Source of the DNA: Planctomycetota bacterium
Lineage (GTDB): Bacteria; Planctomycetota; UBA1135; UBA2386
Assembly (NCBI GenBank): GCA_947501605.1
Contig: CANMWZ010000003.1
Location: 192,001-256,000 of the forward strand
Reading direction: 5' to 3'
Length of the DNA: 64,000 nt
In this document: piece by piece, positions 1 to 9,684 of the stretch
How the letters are laid out: each line of letters begins with the position of its first letter
Numbering within the stretch: the stretch's first letter is position 1
The notes under the pieces: generated by a model
What the model saw: the letters and a program-made list of their open reading frames with translations, nothing else
Told to the model about the DNA's origin: nothing
Databases searched by the model: none
Position numbers and translations under genes: made by a program

Positions 1-5
1 GCCTG

Positions 6-926
6 TTGTTCTACAACTCGCTACTGCCTTCGGTCGCGAGCCACGAGCGCGCCGGCTTGATCAGCGGCATCGGCGTGGGCGTGGGTTACTGCGGCACGAT
101 CTTGGTGCTGTTGTTGCTCCTGCCGGTCAAGACGCCCAGCTCGCAGTTCTTGTTGGCCGCGGGCATGTTCTTGGTCTTCGCATTGCCCTGCATGTGCTTG
201 GTGCGTGACCGCCGCGAGGTCAGGAAGGGCCCCGCGACGGCCGCGGTGCGCGACGCGGTCGCGTCGCTTCTATCGACGTTGAAGGAACTGCCCCAGCACC
301 GCGCGCTGCTCTACTTTCTGCTGGCCAACTTCTGTCTCGTCGACGTACTCAACACGGCGGTGCTGTTCTTCGGCTCCTTCACGCGCAACGTGTTCGCAAC
401 CGCTGCCGAAGACGGTTCGCTGGTGCTGTTCGGCACGATCTACCGCGGCCAAGAGGGTCTTGATTCGTTCTTTGCTCTTGCTGGCCTCTGCCTCAACTCC
501 ATGGCGCTGGTGTTTGGCATCAGCCTCGGCGCCTTGACCGACCGCTGGCCGTTGCGCGTCATGAAGCTCTCCGGCCTGGCACTGCTCTTCGCACTGGTCG
601 GCGGCGCGTGGTTCGGCGGCACCTCGGCACTCGGGTATCTGCTCACGCTCGTAATGCTCGGGTCGCTCGGCCTGTCAGGCATCTGGACCGCCGGCCGCAA
701 AGTCGTCGTGCTACTGGCTCCCAAGGAACGCATCGGCGAGTTCTTTGGTCTCTACGGCATCACCGTCAAGCTGTCGGTCATCGGCAGCACCGTTTACGGG
801 CTCGTCGCCGATGGCCACGGGGCCAAGTCCGCGATGTTGGTTCAGTCGGTGCAGCTCCTCGTCGGACTAGGGCTGTTGGCTCTGGTTCGTCTTCCGCAGA
901 GCGGCGATGCTGCTCGCGCTGCATGA
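6..926 (+). CDS. MFS transporter (UMF1/Atg22-like), 5'-truncated by the window edge
   Basis: Multiple TM helices; FYNSLLP..A...RAGLISGIGVGVGY and LAPKERIGEFFGLYG motifs typical of UMF1-type MFS proteins. Confidence 0.75.
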   Translation: MFYNSLLPSVASHERAGLISGIGVGVGYCGTILVLLLLLPVKTPSSQFLLAAGMFLVFALPCMCLVRDRREVRKGPATAAVRDAVASLLSTLKELPQHRALLYFLLANFCLVDVLNTAVLFFGSFTRNVFATAAEDGSLVLFGTIYRGQEGLDSFFALAGLCLNSMALVFGISLGALTDRWPLRVMKLSGLALLFALVGGAWFGGTSALGYLLTLVMLGSLGLSGIWTAGRKVVVLLAPKERIGEFFGLYGITVKLSVIGSTVYGLVADGHGAKSAMLVQSVQLLVGLGLLALVRLPQSGDAARAA

Positions 927-1942
927 CGATGGTAGCCGCGACCAACAACGACGATGGCGCCGAGGGACGCCCTCCACACTCGCCGTGGTGGCACAACGTC
1001 CTGACCAGGCTGCTCGCGGCAGTGACGTGGACGTTCGGAGCCCTGCCCTCCCCCATCGCCTACTTTCTGGCCGACCTTGGCGCCATCCCCATCGCGGTGC
1101 TGTGGCTCGTCTCGGACCGCCGCGGCAAACGCGTGCGGGGCTACTGGCGTAACGTGCGCATCGTCTACCGCGACGGCGGTCTCGGCACCGCCCGCCCTCG
1201 CTTGCACCTGTGGAAGGTCGCGCGCCATTTGACTTGGCTAGCAGTCGACAGCTGCCGACTGCATCGCATCACCAAAGAGACGCTGCATCGCGTGGTTGAC
1301 CTGCGCGAACTCGAGCCCGTGCTCAAACTGCATGGGCAGCAGAAGGGCATCATCTGGGCCACTGGCCACATCGGCGTATGGGACGTCGGTGGCTATGCGT
1401 GCGCGCTGCTGAATGTGGCCATCACTTCCGTGTTCCGACCGAGCCCGATCCCCGGCGTCGACCGGATCATCTCCAAGCTCCGCACCGGTTCCGGGCAAGT
1501 CGTAGTCGCCAAGCACAACGTGGTTGGCACCCTTCGCCGCGCGCTCCAGCGCCGCGAGACCATCGGCCTGCTGTGCGATAGCGCCGGCCGCCGCGGCGAT
1601 TCGTTCCCGCCATTTCTTGGCACCGGGGCCGCGACAGTTGCGACCCCGGCACTTCTCAGCCTGTCGTCGGGCGCGCCAGTAGTCGTCGTGACCGCGATGC
1701 GGACGGGCAAGTTTCGCTTTGCGTTGCGCGTCTGGGATGTGATCCCAGCGATGAGCTCCGGCGATCGAGCCAAAGACGTGGAGCGCATTCTCCTCCGCAT
1801 CAACCAAGGACTTGGCCGGGCCGTAGCAGCGCACCCTGAGCAGTGGTTCTGGCAAGGCCGACGCTTCAAGCACCGGCCGGTCGGCGAACAACCAGGGCCA
1901 GACGGGCTGCCACCGGTGGCGATCACCTTAACGTCTTCTTAA
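923..1942 (+). CDS. Lipid A / lysophospholipid acyltransferase (LpxL/HtrB family)
   Basis: HX4D motif (TGHIGVWD), C-terminal HPEQWFW..RRFK; ATG at 923 overlaps the upstream stop (ATGA). Confidence 0.85.
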   Translation: MTMVAATNNDDGAEGRPPHSPWWHNVLTRLLAAVTWTFGALPSPIAYFLADLGAIPIAVLWLVSDRRGKRVRGYWRNVRIVYRDGGLGTARPRLHLWKVARHLTWLAVDSCRLHRITKETLHRVVDLRELEPVLKLHGQQKGIIWATGHIGVWDVGGYACALLNVAITSVFRPSPIPGVDRIISKLRTGSGQVVVAKHNVVGTLRRALQRRETIGLLCDSAGRRGDSFPPFLGTGAATVATPALLSLSSGAPVVVVTAMRTGKFRFALRVWDVIPAMSSGDRAKDVERILLRINQGLGRAVAAHPEQWFWQGRRFKHRPVGEQPGPDGLPPVAITLTSS

Positions 1943-2009
1943 TCCCGAGGGCCCGTGGTCTTCACACGGCCAGACGATTCTTCTGCACTCGAATCGCTGA
2001 ACCCTTAAC
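1927..2009 (+). promoter_or_regulatory. Putative Pho-box-like direct repeats upstream of pstS
   Basis: CTTAAC (1927), CTTAAT (1938), CTTCAC (1960) and CTTAAC (2004) all lie in 11-bp register, directly before the pst operon. Confidence 0.5.
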
Positions 2010-2024
2010 CCACGGACTGACTTC

Positions 2025-2918
2025 GTGAAGATCCTCGTCATTGCTGCGGCCGTCGTTGCCACGCTTGCAGCCTGCAGCAAGCCCGATCAGAGCGGCCAAC
2101 AGAGCCAGAACCCCGGCCAGCCTCAGGGTCGAATCCTCATCCAGAACAAGGGCTCGGACACGATGCTCGAGGTCGCACAGGCTTGGGCCGAAACCTATGC
2201 CGACATCGAGACCAACGTCGGTATCGCGGTGGCCGGTGGCGGCTCACAGGTTGGCGTGACGGGCCTGATCGACGGCACGGTCGACATCGCCAACTGCAGC
2301 CGCGCCTTCAAGCCAGAAGAAGTCGAGGCCGCACGCAAGAAGGGCCACGATCCGGTTCAGCACCTTGTCGGCTTTGACGGAATCGCGATCTACGTCCACA
2401 AGGACAACCCGATCGCCGAGATCACCCTCGACCAACTCAAGGCGATCTACGCCGACGGCGGCAACGTCACTAAGTGGAGTCAGCTGGGAGTCAAGCTGCC
2501 CAGCGGTGAGGACGACATGGTTCTCGTCTCGCGCCAGAGCAACAGCGGCACCTACGAGTACTTCCGCGAAGCCGTGCTGGGCAAGACGACCAACTTCCGC
2601 CTCGGCACGCGCGACATGAACGGCAGCAAGGATGTCGTCGACCTCGTCTCCAAGGTGACTTCCGGGATCGGCTACAGCGGCCTTTCCTACGCCACGGACC
2701 AAGTTCGCATGGTGCCCGTCGTCAACAAGGACAAGAAGGCCGTGACGCCATCGATCGACGCGGTCCTCGAAGGCACCTACCCGATCGCGCGACAGCTCTT
2801 CATGTACACGATCGGAGAGCCAAAGGGCGCCGTCGCCAAGTATCTGGACTGGATCAAGAGCGATGCCGGCCAGCGCGTCCTGATGGACCGTGGCTACCCG
2901 CCGCTGCGCAAGATCTGA
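2025..2918 (+). CDS. pstS: Phosphate ABC transporter substrate-binding lipoprotein
   Basis: Lipobox LAAC; KGSDTM, GGGS..G, SRQSNSGTYEYF and YPIARQLFMY motifs; pst operon context. Confidence 0.92.
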   Translation: MKILVIAAAVVATLAACSKPDQSGQQSQNPGQPQGRILIQNKGSDTMLEVAQAWAETYADIETNVGIAVAGGGSQVGVTGLIDGTVDIANCSRAFKPEEVEAARKKGHDPVQHLVGFDGIAIYVHKDNPIAEITLDQLKAIYADGGNVTKWSQLGVKLPSGEDDMVLVSRQSNSGTYEYFREAVLGKTTNFRLGTRDMNGSKDVVDLVSKVTSGIGYSGLSYATDQVRMVPVVNKDKKAVTPSIDAVLEGTYPIARQLFMYTIGEPKGAVAKYLDWIKSDAGQRVLMDRGYPPLRKI

Positions 2919-2989
2919 TCGTCCAACCGAGATTTCTGCTCGCTCGCGCACCGCTTGGTCGGTAGCCCTAGGCGCCACGAGGCATCGAC

Positions 2990-4054
2990 TTGACCAGCCA
3001 CTACGAAGAACGTCTGCAGAAAGACCTGGCCTGGATCCAGGACCTCGTCGCGATCGTCGGCGCCAACATCGAGGAGGCGATTGGCAACTCGGTCAAGTCG
3101 GTGTTGTCCCTCGACCGCGACTTGGCCGCCCAGACCATCATCGGCGACTACACGGTGAACCGGCAGACGCGCGAGCTCGATCGCCTTTGCCATACGTTCG
3201 TCGCCAGGCATCTGCCATCGGCTGGACACCTCCGGTATGTGTCCTCGGTACTCCGGCTCAACATCGCCTTGGAGCGTATCGGCGACTACGCAGCGACCAT
3301 CTCACGGACAGCAGCCCAACTATCGACCGAAGCGCCGCCGATCGTGCAGCGCGACATCGAGACGATGTGCGAGCACGCGCGCCGCATGCTGCACGAAGGG
3401 CTGAAGAGCTTCCAGAACCACGACATCGCGCTGGCCAACGCCACCTTGGCTTCGGCGCGACAGTTTGCCCAGCACTTCGACAAGGTGTTCGCCGACCTCG
3501 TGAAGGAAGGCGAAGAACGAAGCCGTCCGGTCAGCGACCTGTTTTCGTTGATGGCGACGTTCAACCGCCTCGAGCGCGTCATCCACCAGGCGAAGAACAT
3601 CTGCGAAGAGACGATCTTCGTCGGCACCGGCCAACTGAAGGGCGAGAAGCTGTTCAACATCTTGTTTGTTGGCGACAAGAACAACGGCGTCAGCCAGCTC
3701 GCCGAGCACTTCACGCGCAAGGCTTTCCCGCAAAGCGGGACCTACCGGAGTGCCGGTTTTGCGCCGGCGGACGAGATCGATGCTCGCTACGTGCAGTTCG
3801 CCAAGCGCGTCGGCCTCGATCTCGGCATGGTGTGGCCGACCCCTCTATCCACGTTTCTCGACCAACTCGACGAGTTCCACTTCATCGTCGGTCTGCATCC
3901 GGATTCCCGCCAGCGCATCGGCAAGGTGCCGTTCCACACCACGCTCGTCGTCTGGGACATGGGCAGCACCGAGGATCCCGAGGAGACGTATCGTCGGCTG
4001 ACGCCGTTGGTGCGCACCCTCATGGAAAAGCTACGTGGCGAACAGGCGTGCTGA
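2990..4054 (+). CDS. phoU: PhoU with a C-terminal ArsC/LMW-PTP-like domain
   Basis: Two PhoU repeats (LERIGDYA, LERVIHQAKNICE), then ~130 aa beginning NILFVGDKNNGVSQLAE...YRSAG. Confidence 0.85.
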   Translation: MTSHYEERLQKDLAWIQDLVAIVGANIEEAIGNSVKSVLSLDRDLAAQTIIGDYTVNRQTRELDRLCHTFVARHLPSAGHLRYVSSVLRLNIALERIGDYAATISRTAAQLSTEAPPIVQRDIETMCEHARRMLHEGLKSFQNHDIALANATLASARQFAQHFDKVFADLVKEGEERSRPVSDLFSLMATFNRLERVIHQAKNICEETIFVGTGQLKGEKLFNILFVGDKNNGVSQLAEHFTRKAFPQSGTYRSAGFAPADEIDARYVQFAKRVGLDLGMVWPTPLSTFLDQLDEFHFIVGLHPDSRQRIGKVPFHTTLVVWDMGSTEDPEETYRRLTPLVRTLMEKLRGEQAC

Positions 4055-4064
4055 GACCCTGAAG

Positions 4065-5003
4065 ATGACCGCCCCGCCACCGAAGACGCGAATCAGCGCT
4101 GCCCAAGCGTTTGACCGTCGCGATTCCGCGTGGTGGCTGGATCGCGTCGCGATGATGCTCGTCTTCACCGGCGGCATCTCGACGATCCTCTTCATCGGCG
4201 CGATTTTCCTGTTCATCGCCACTCAGGGCCTCGATTTCGCGGCGACGCGACTTGCCTGGAGTGAGTTCTTCGGTTCGATCGCATGGCGACCCAACGGTCA
4301 CCCGCCTCAGTACGGTGCCGTCGCCTTGATCGCCGGGACCGCATCGATCACGGGCATCGCAATGTTCGTGGTCGTCCCGTTCTCGCTTGGCGCTGCGATC
4401 TACATCGGCGAGTTCGCTCGCGGCCGCCGCCGTGAATGGCTGAAGATCCTGATCGAATTGCTGGCTGCGATCCCGTCCGTCGTTTGGGGTGTCATCGGTC
4501 TGCACGTAATCGGCCCGGCCATGACGCAGATCTTCGGTGTGCCTTCTGGTCTCAATCTGCTGAACGCCGGCCTCATCCTCGGTCTCATGGCCGCGCCGAT
4601 CATGACCACGATCGCCGAGGACTCGCTGAAGGCCGTCCCGGATGCCTACCGCGAGGCCGCAGAAGCGCTCGGAGCCAACAAGTGGCAGGTCGTCTGGCGC
4701 GTCGTGCTGCCGCATGCTCGCCCAGGACTGAGCGCTGCGGTGCTGCTCGGTGTCGGCCGCGCGTTCGGCGAGACGATTGCAGTGCTGATGGCCAGTGGCC
4801 ACGCGATCAACCTTCCGACCTCGCTGTTCGACCCGGTCCGCACTCTGACGGCAACCATCGCCGCAGAACTCGGCGAGACCGCCAAGGGCGATGACCACTA
4901 CCAAGCGCTGTTCGTGCTCGGAGTGCTGCTGTTCGGGATCACCTTCGCCATCAACCTGACAGCCGACTCGATCGTCCGCGGCATTCGAAGGAAGAAGGCA
5001 TGA
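4065..5003 (+). CDS. pstC: Phosphate ABC transporter permease
   Basis: IELLAAIPSVVWG, EAA motif (YREAAEALGA), GRAFGET. Confidence 0.93.
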   Translation: MTAPPPKTRISAAQAFDRRDSAWWLDRVAMMLVFTGGISTILFIGAIFLFIATQGLDFAATRLAWSEFFGSIAWRPNGHPPQYGAVALIAGTASITGIAMFVVVPFSLGAAIYIGEFARGRRREWLKILIELLAAIPSVVWGVIGLHVIGPAMTQIFGVPSGLNLLNAGLILGLMAAPIMTTIAEDSLKAVPDAYREAAEALGANKWQVVWRVVLPHARPGLSAAVLLGVGRAFGETIAVLMASGHAINLPTSLFDPVRTLTATIAAELGETAKGDDHYQALFVLGVLLFGITFAINLTADSIVRGIRRKKA

Positions 5004-5887
5004 GCGGGCTCGACAACCGGTTCCTCAGGACGCCGCGCGAGCAGCGCAGCCTGACGCAGCAGAGCCTGTTCCGACTGCTCTTCTTGGTGATGACTTCCCT
5101 GCTGGTGGTGCCGGTGTTCGGCATCCTGCTCGTGCTCATCGTCCGCGGTGGGCCTGGGCTTAGCCTCGACTTCTTCCTCGACAAGCCGCGCAAGGGCATG
5201 ACGGCCGGAGGCATCTTCCCGGCACTCATCGGCACGCTGTGGCTGACCAGTGGGGCGCTGCTGCTGGCGTTCCCGCTCGGAGTGTCGGCGGCGATCTACC
5301 TCAGCGAGTACGCGCGCGACAACTGGCTTACACGCACGATCAACATCGCCATCGTCAACCTCGCCGGCGTACCGAGCATCGTGCATGCGCTCTTCGGTGT
5401 CGGCGCCTTCGTGCTCTTCCTCGACTTCGGCGCTTCGATTCTGGCGGCGTCCTGCACGCTTGCGGTCATGACCTTGCCCGTGGTGATCGTCGCCACCAGG
5501 GAGTCCCTGCAGGCGGTGCCGCATTCGTTCCGCGAGGCATGCTGGAGCATGGGCGCAACTCGCTGGCAGACCATCTGGCGCCTCGTGCTGCCCAACTCGG
5601 GCAGCGGCATCCTGACCGGCGTGATCCTGTGCATCTCTCGGGCCGTCGGCGAGACCGCACCGATCATGTTCACTGGCGCCGTCTACTGGGTCGCGTACAC
5701 GCCGGAGGGCGTGTTCGATCAGACCATGGCGTTGTCGCTACACCTCTACAACGTGTCCACCCAGGTGCCGAACGTCCCGCCGGGACTGCCATTCTCGGTG
5801 GCCTTGACCCTGATCGGTGTCGTGCTGGTCATGAACGCAACGGCAATCGCTTTTCGCATGCGGTTGCGGGGGAGGAAGCGGTGGTGA
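5000..5887 (+). CDS. pstA: Phosphate ABC transporter permease
   Basis: AAIYLSEYA, NLAGVPSIV, SRAVGETAP; ATGA overlap with pstC. Confidence 0.93.
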   Translation: MSGLDNRFLRTPREQRSLTQQSLFRLLFLVMTSLLVVPVFGILLVLIVRGGPGLSLDFFLDKPRKGMTAGGIFPALIGTLWLTSGALLLAFPLGVSAAIYLSEYARDNWLTRTINIAIVNLAGVPSIVHALFGVGAFVLFLDFGASILAASCTLAVMTLPVVIVATRESLQAVPHSFREACWSMGATRWQTIWRLVLPNSGSGILTGVILCISRAVGETAPIMFTGAVYWVAYTPEGVFDQTMALSLHLYNVSTQVPNVPPGLPFSVALTLIGVVLVMNATAIAFRMRLRGRKRW

Positions 5888-6675
5888 CGCCCGCCCCACA
5901 ACCGCCGAGCACCACCGCCGTCGAGCCGATGCTCGATGTGCAAGACCTCACGGTGCGGTACGGCTCCCACGTCGCACTCCAAGGCTGCACGCTGCAGGTG
6001 CAGCAGAACGAGATTTTCGGGATCATTGGGCCAGCCAACGCCGGCAAGACCTCGTTTCTGCGCTCGCTGAACCGCATGCATGACTTCGTGCCGGGGATGA
6101 GGATCACCGGCACCGTTCGTTTTGCTGGACGCGACGTCGAGCAGGTCCGCAACGTCTACGCCCTTCGCCGTCGCATCGGCGTGGTCTTCCCCCTGCCGGT
6201 CGGTCTACCGCTGTCGATTTACGACAACGTCGCGTTGGCACCGCGACTTCGCGGCCTCCGCAACAAGGTGGCCCTCGACGAGATTGTCGAGCGCTGCCTT
6301 CGGCGTGCGGCCTTGTGGGACGAAGTGAAGGACCGCTTGAGGAACCTCGGCTCGCTGCTCAGTGGCGGCCAGCAACAGCGGCTCACGATCGCCCGCGCCC
6401 TGTCGCAGGACCCGGACCTGCTCTTGCTCGATGAGTTCTCCATCGCTGTGGACCCTGTCACGACGATGCGCATCGAAGAGGTGCTGAAGGAACTGCGGCA
6501 GGAGATGACCATCGTGCTCGTCACCAACCTGGTCCAACAGGCTCGTCGCCTGGCCACAAGAACGGCCTTCTTCCTGTCCGGTCGCTGCGTCGAGATTGCG
6601 CCAACCGAAGAGTTGTTCACTGGTGAGGTGAAGGACCAGCGCACCCGCGATTACGTCGAGGGCCGTTATGGCTAG
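5884..6675 (+). CDS. pstB: Phosphate ABC transporter ATPase copy 1 (degenerate Q- and H-loops)
   Basis: Walker A GPANAGKTS, LSGGQQQRL, AALWDEVKDRL, TRDYVEGRYG; GTG start overlaps the pstA stop. Confidence 0.88.
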   Translation: MTPAPQPPSTTAVEPMLDVQDLTVRYGSHVALQGCTLQVQQNEIFGIIGPANAGKTSFLRSLNRMHDFVPGMRITGTVRFAGRDVEQVRNVYALRRRIGVVFPLPVGLPLSIYDNVALAPRLRGLRNKVALDEIVERCLRRAALWDEVKDRLRNLGSLLSGGQQQRLTIARALSQDPDLLLLDEFSIAVDPVTTMRIEEVLKELRQEMTIVLVTNLVQQARRLATRTAFFLSGRCVEIAPTEELFTGEVKDQRTRDYVEGRYG

Positions 6676-7477
6676 TGCGAAACCCCAAACCGCGACGGCA
6701 AACCCTGAGGCGGGGCCCAGGTGGGCAATCGAATCGAAGGGACTCAACCTGTGGTACGGAACGTTTCAGGCGCTCCGCGACGTAGACCTTCAGATCAAGC
6801 ACGGCATCGTCACGTCACTGATCGGCCCTTCGGGTTGCGGCAAATCGACGTTTCTCCGGAGCTGCAATCGCATCAACGAGCGCCTCGGCTATGTATCGAC
6901 CACGGGCACCATCCAAGTGCTCGGACAAGACATCTACGGCCCGGACATCTCGCCGATCCAGGTTCGCCGTCAAGTAGGGATGGTGTTCCAGCGCCCGAAC
7001 CCGCTGCCGCTCTCGATTCGTGAGAACGTGCTGTTCGGCCAACACATCCACCGCGACGACCGCATTCCCCGCGCCGAGGCCGACCAACTCGTCGAACGAG
7101 CGCTGCGGGAGGTGCTGCTCTGGGACCGGGTGAAGGATCGACTGGGGCGCAAAGCGACCAGTCTGTCCCTCGAAGAGCAGCAGAAACTGTGCATCGCCCG
7201 CCTCCTGCCGATGCGGCCCGAGATCCTGCTCATGGACGAACCATGCTCGGCGCTGGATCCAGAGGCCACGCGCGCCGTCGAGGAACTGATCTGGGAACTG
7301 CGCGGCAAGTACTCGATCCTCATCGTCACGCACAACATGGCCCAGGCACGGCGGGCCAGCGACGAGTGCGTGTTCATGCTCCTCGGCCGGGTGATCGAGC
7401 ACGCGCGGACCGAGGATATGTTCGTGACGCCGAAGAAGCCCGAGACCGCGGACTACATCGAAGGCCGCTTCGGCTGA
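6668..7477 (+). CDS. pstB: Phosphate ABC transporter ATPase copy 2 (degenerate signature)
   Basis: GPSGCGKST, MVFQRPNP, LMDEPCSALDP, IVTHNM, DYIEGRFG. Confidence 0.92.
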   Translation: MASAKPQTATANPEAGPRWAIESKGLNLWYGTFQALRDVDLQIKHGIVTSLIGPSGCGKSTFLRSCNRINERLGYVSTTGTIQVLGQDIYGPDISPIQVRRQVGMVFQRPNPLPLSIRENVLFGQHIHRDDRIPRAEADQLVERALREVLLWDRVKDRLGRKATSLSLEEQQKLCIARLLPMRPEILLMDEPCSALDPEATRAVEELIWELRGKYSILIVTHNMAQARRASDECVFMLLGRVIEHARTEDMFVTPKKPETADYIEGRFG

Positions 7478-7506
7478 GTGGGAACGGCGCAACCGCGCCC
7501 CGACGG

Positions 7507-9684
7507 TCACTGCACGAACAGCATCTCGCGGTACTTTGGCAACGGCCAGAACGCGTCGTTGACCATGGTCTCCAGCGCGTCCGCCGTCTCCCGGACCTTC
7601 TGCATGCTCGTGGCCACCTTGTCGCGGTAGACCCTCGCGTGCTCCTGCGGCGTCCCCGGATGACCTTCGGCGTGTTCGAACTGAGCGCCCAAGTCGTCGA
7701 TGCGCGCGATCAGTTGCTCGATCAACGCTGACACCGTGGCGAGACACTTGTGCTGCCCCGACACGTCGATACCGAGGGCCTTCGCTGCGGCAATGCTCTG
7801 GGCCACCGCACCCTGGTGCGCCTGGGCCGCCGGCAACAACATCGTGCGCGCGATGGAGAGACAACTGAGCCCTTCGATCGAGATCGCCTTGCAGTAGGCC
7901 TCGAACTGGATGTTCATTCGCGACTCAGCTTCCTTCGCAGTCAGGACGCCAAACCGCTCGAACATCGCCACATTCTTCTCCGCGCAGAAGTTGCCGATCG
8001 CATCCACCGCGTTCTTGAAGTTCGGCAAGCCGCGCGCCGCCGCCTCCGCGTGCCACTCGGCTGAGTAGCCATTGCCGTTGAACAGCACGCGCTTGTGCTT
8101 CCGCAGCGTCTCGATCACGACCTCATTGATCGCCGCGTCGAGCCCCTTCTGGGCCTTCAGCTTCTCGATCTGGTCGACGAGACCGGCAAGGGCGTCGGCA
8201 ACGATGGTGTTGAGCACCGCGTTGGGCTTGGCCGAGGCCTGCGTGCTGCCGACCGCTCGGAACTCGAACTTGTTGCCGGTGAACGCGAACGGCGATGTCC
8301 GATTGCGATCGGTAGCGTCGCGCGGCAGCGGCGGCAGCGCCGTCACCCCAAGTCGCATCGTGTCCTTGCGCTTCTCCGAGCGCGCCGTCGTGCCGGCGAC
8401 GATGTTGTCGACAACCTCGCTCAGCTGCTCGCCGAGGTAGATCGAGATGATGGCCGGCGGGGCTTCGTTGGCACCCAAGCGATGGTCGTTGCCGGCGTGG
8501 GCAATCGTGCAGCGCAACAGATCGGCGTGCGCGTCAACCGCCCGAATGACGGCGGTGAGCATGACCACGAAGCGCATGTTCTCGTGCGGGGTATGGCCCG
8601 GCTCGAGCAGGTTCTCGCCCGTGTCGGTCGACAGCGACCAGTTGTTGTGCTTGCCCGACCCGTTGATTCCAGCGAACGGCTTCTCGTGCAGCAGGCAATG
8701 GAATCCGTGCTTCTGAGCGACCTGCTTCAGCACCTCCATGCAAATCATGTTGTGGTCGGCTGCGACCGTCGTGCGCTCGAAGATCGGCGCGATCTCGTAC
8801 TGCTGTGGCGCGACTTCGTTGTGGCGCGTCTTGACGGGGACTCCGAGCTTCCACAGTTCGTTTTCGCACTCTTGCATGTAGGCAAGCACGCGAGGCTGGA
8901 TCGAACCAAAATAGTGGTCCTCCAATTCTTGGCCCTTGGGCGGCTTGGTCCCGAACAGCGTACGGCCCGTCGCGATCAGATCGGGGCGACGCAGATAGAA
9001 GTCGCGGTCGATCAGGAAGTACTCCTGTTCACAACCGAGTGTCGGGTAGACGTGCGTCGCCTTTTGATCCCCGAGCAGGCGCAACATTCGCAACGCCTCG
9101 CGGTTGATCGCTTCGAGACTGCGCAGCAGCGGCGTCTTCTCGTCGAGCGCCTCGCCAGTCCACGAGCAGAACGCCGTCGGGATGCACAGAGTGGAGCCGT
9201 TGGTGGTCTCCCGAAGAAAGGCCGGCGAGGTTGGATCCCAGGCCGTGTAGCCGCGCGCCTCGAAGGTCGCCCGCAGGCCACCGCTCGGGAAGGAACTCGC
9301 ATCGGGCTCGCCCTTGATCAGCGCCTTGCCGCTGAACTCCATCATCAACCGTCCATCTTCGAGGCTGGCGAAGGAGTCGTGCTTCTCGGCCGTCGAGCCG
9401 GTCATCGGCTGGAACCAGTGCGTGAAGTGCGTGGCGCCGCGTTCGATGGCCCATTCCTTCATCGCGTTGGCAACCTGATCGGCGAGCCCCGGGCCCAACT
9501 CTTGGCCTTGCGTCAGGCAGAGTTGCAGCGCCTTGAAGGCGGTTTCGGGCAAACGGGCACGCATCTGCTGCGGGCCGAACACGTTGGCGCCGAACAGCTC
9601 GGGCACACGCAGCTCGCCACGCGCGAAGGCAATGGGTTGTTTGTTGGCAATCGTCCGGATCGCAGCATCACGCTCGGCATTCAC
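7507..9684 (-). CDS. glnN: Glutamine synthetase type III
   Basis: 725 aa; THFTHWFQPMTG, GEPDASSFPSGGLRATFEARGYTAWD, DRNRTSPFAFTGNKFEFR, WPLPKYREMLF. Confidence 0.95.
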   Translation of the reverse strand: MNAERDAAIRTIANKQPIAFARGELRVPELFGANVFGPQQMRARLPETAFKALQLCLTQGQELGPGLADQVANAMKEWAIERGATHFTHWFQPMTGSTAEKHDSFASLEDGRLMMEFSGKALIKGEPDASSFPSGGLRATFEARGYTAWDPTSPAFLRETTNGSTLCIPTAFCSWTGEALDEKTPLLRSLEAINREALRMLRLLGDQKATHVYPTLGCEQEYFLIDRDFYLRRPDLIATGRTLFGTKPPKGQELEDHYFGSIQPRVLAYMQECENELWKLGVPVKTRHNEVAPQQYEIAPIFERTTVAADHNMICMEVLKQVAQKHGFHCLLHEKPFAGINGSGKHNNWSLSTDTGENLLEPGHTPHENMRFVVMLTAVIRAVDAHADLLRCTIAHAGNDHRLGANEAPPAIISIYLGEQLSEVVDNIVAGTTARSEKRKDTMRLGVTALPPLPRDATDRNRTSPFAFTGNKFEFRAVGSTQASAKPNAVLNTIVADALAGLVDQIEKLKAQKGLDAAINEVVIETLRKHKRVLFNGNGYSAEWHAEAAARGLPNFKNAVDAIGNFCAEKNVAMFERFGVLTAKEAESRMNIQFEAYCKAISIEGLSCLSIARTMLLPAAQAHQGAVAQSIAAAKALGIDVSGQHKCLATVSALIEQLIARIDDLGAQFEHAEGHPGTPQEHARVYRDKVATSMQKVRETADALETMVNDAFWPLPKYREMLFVQ

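Noticed and set aside
5884..6675. First pstB as a pseudogene
   Set aside because: The ORF is intact and translationally coupled, and its defects complement those of the second pstB
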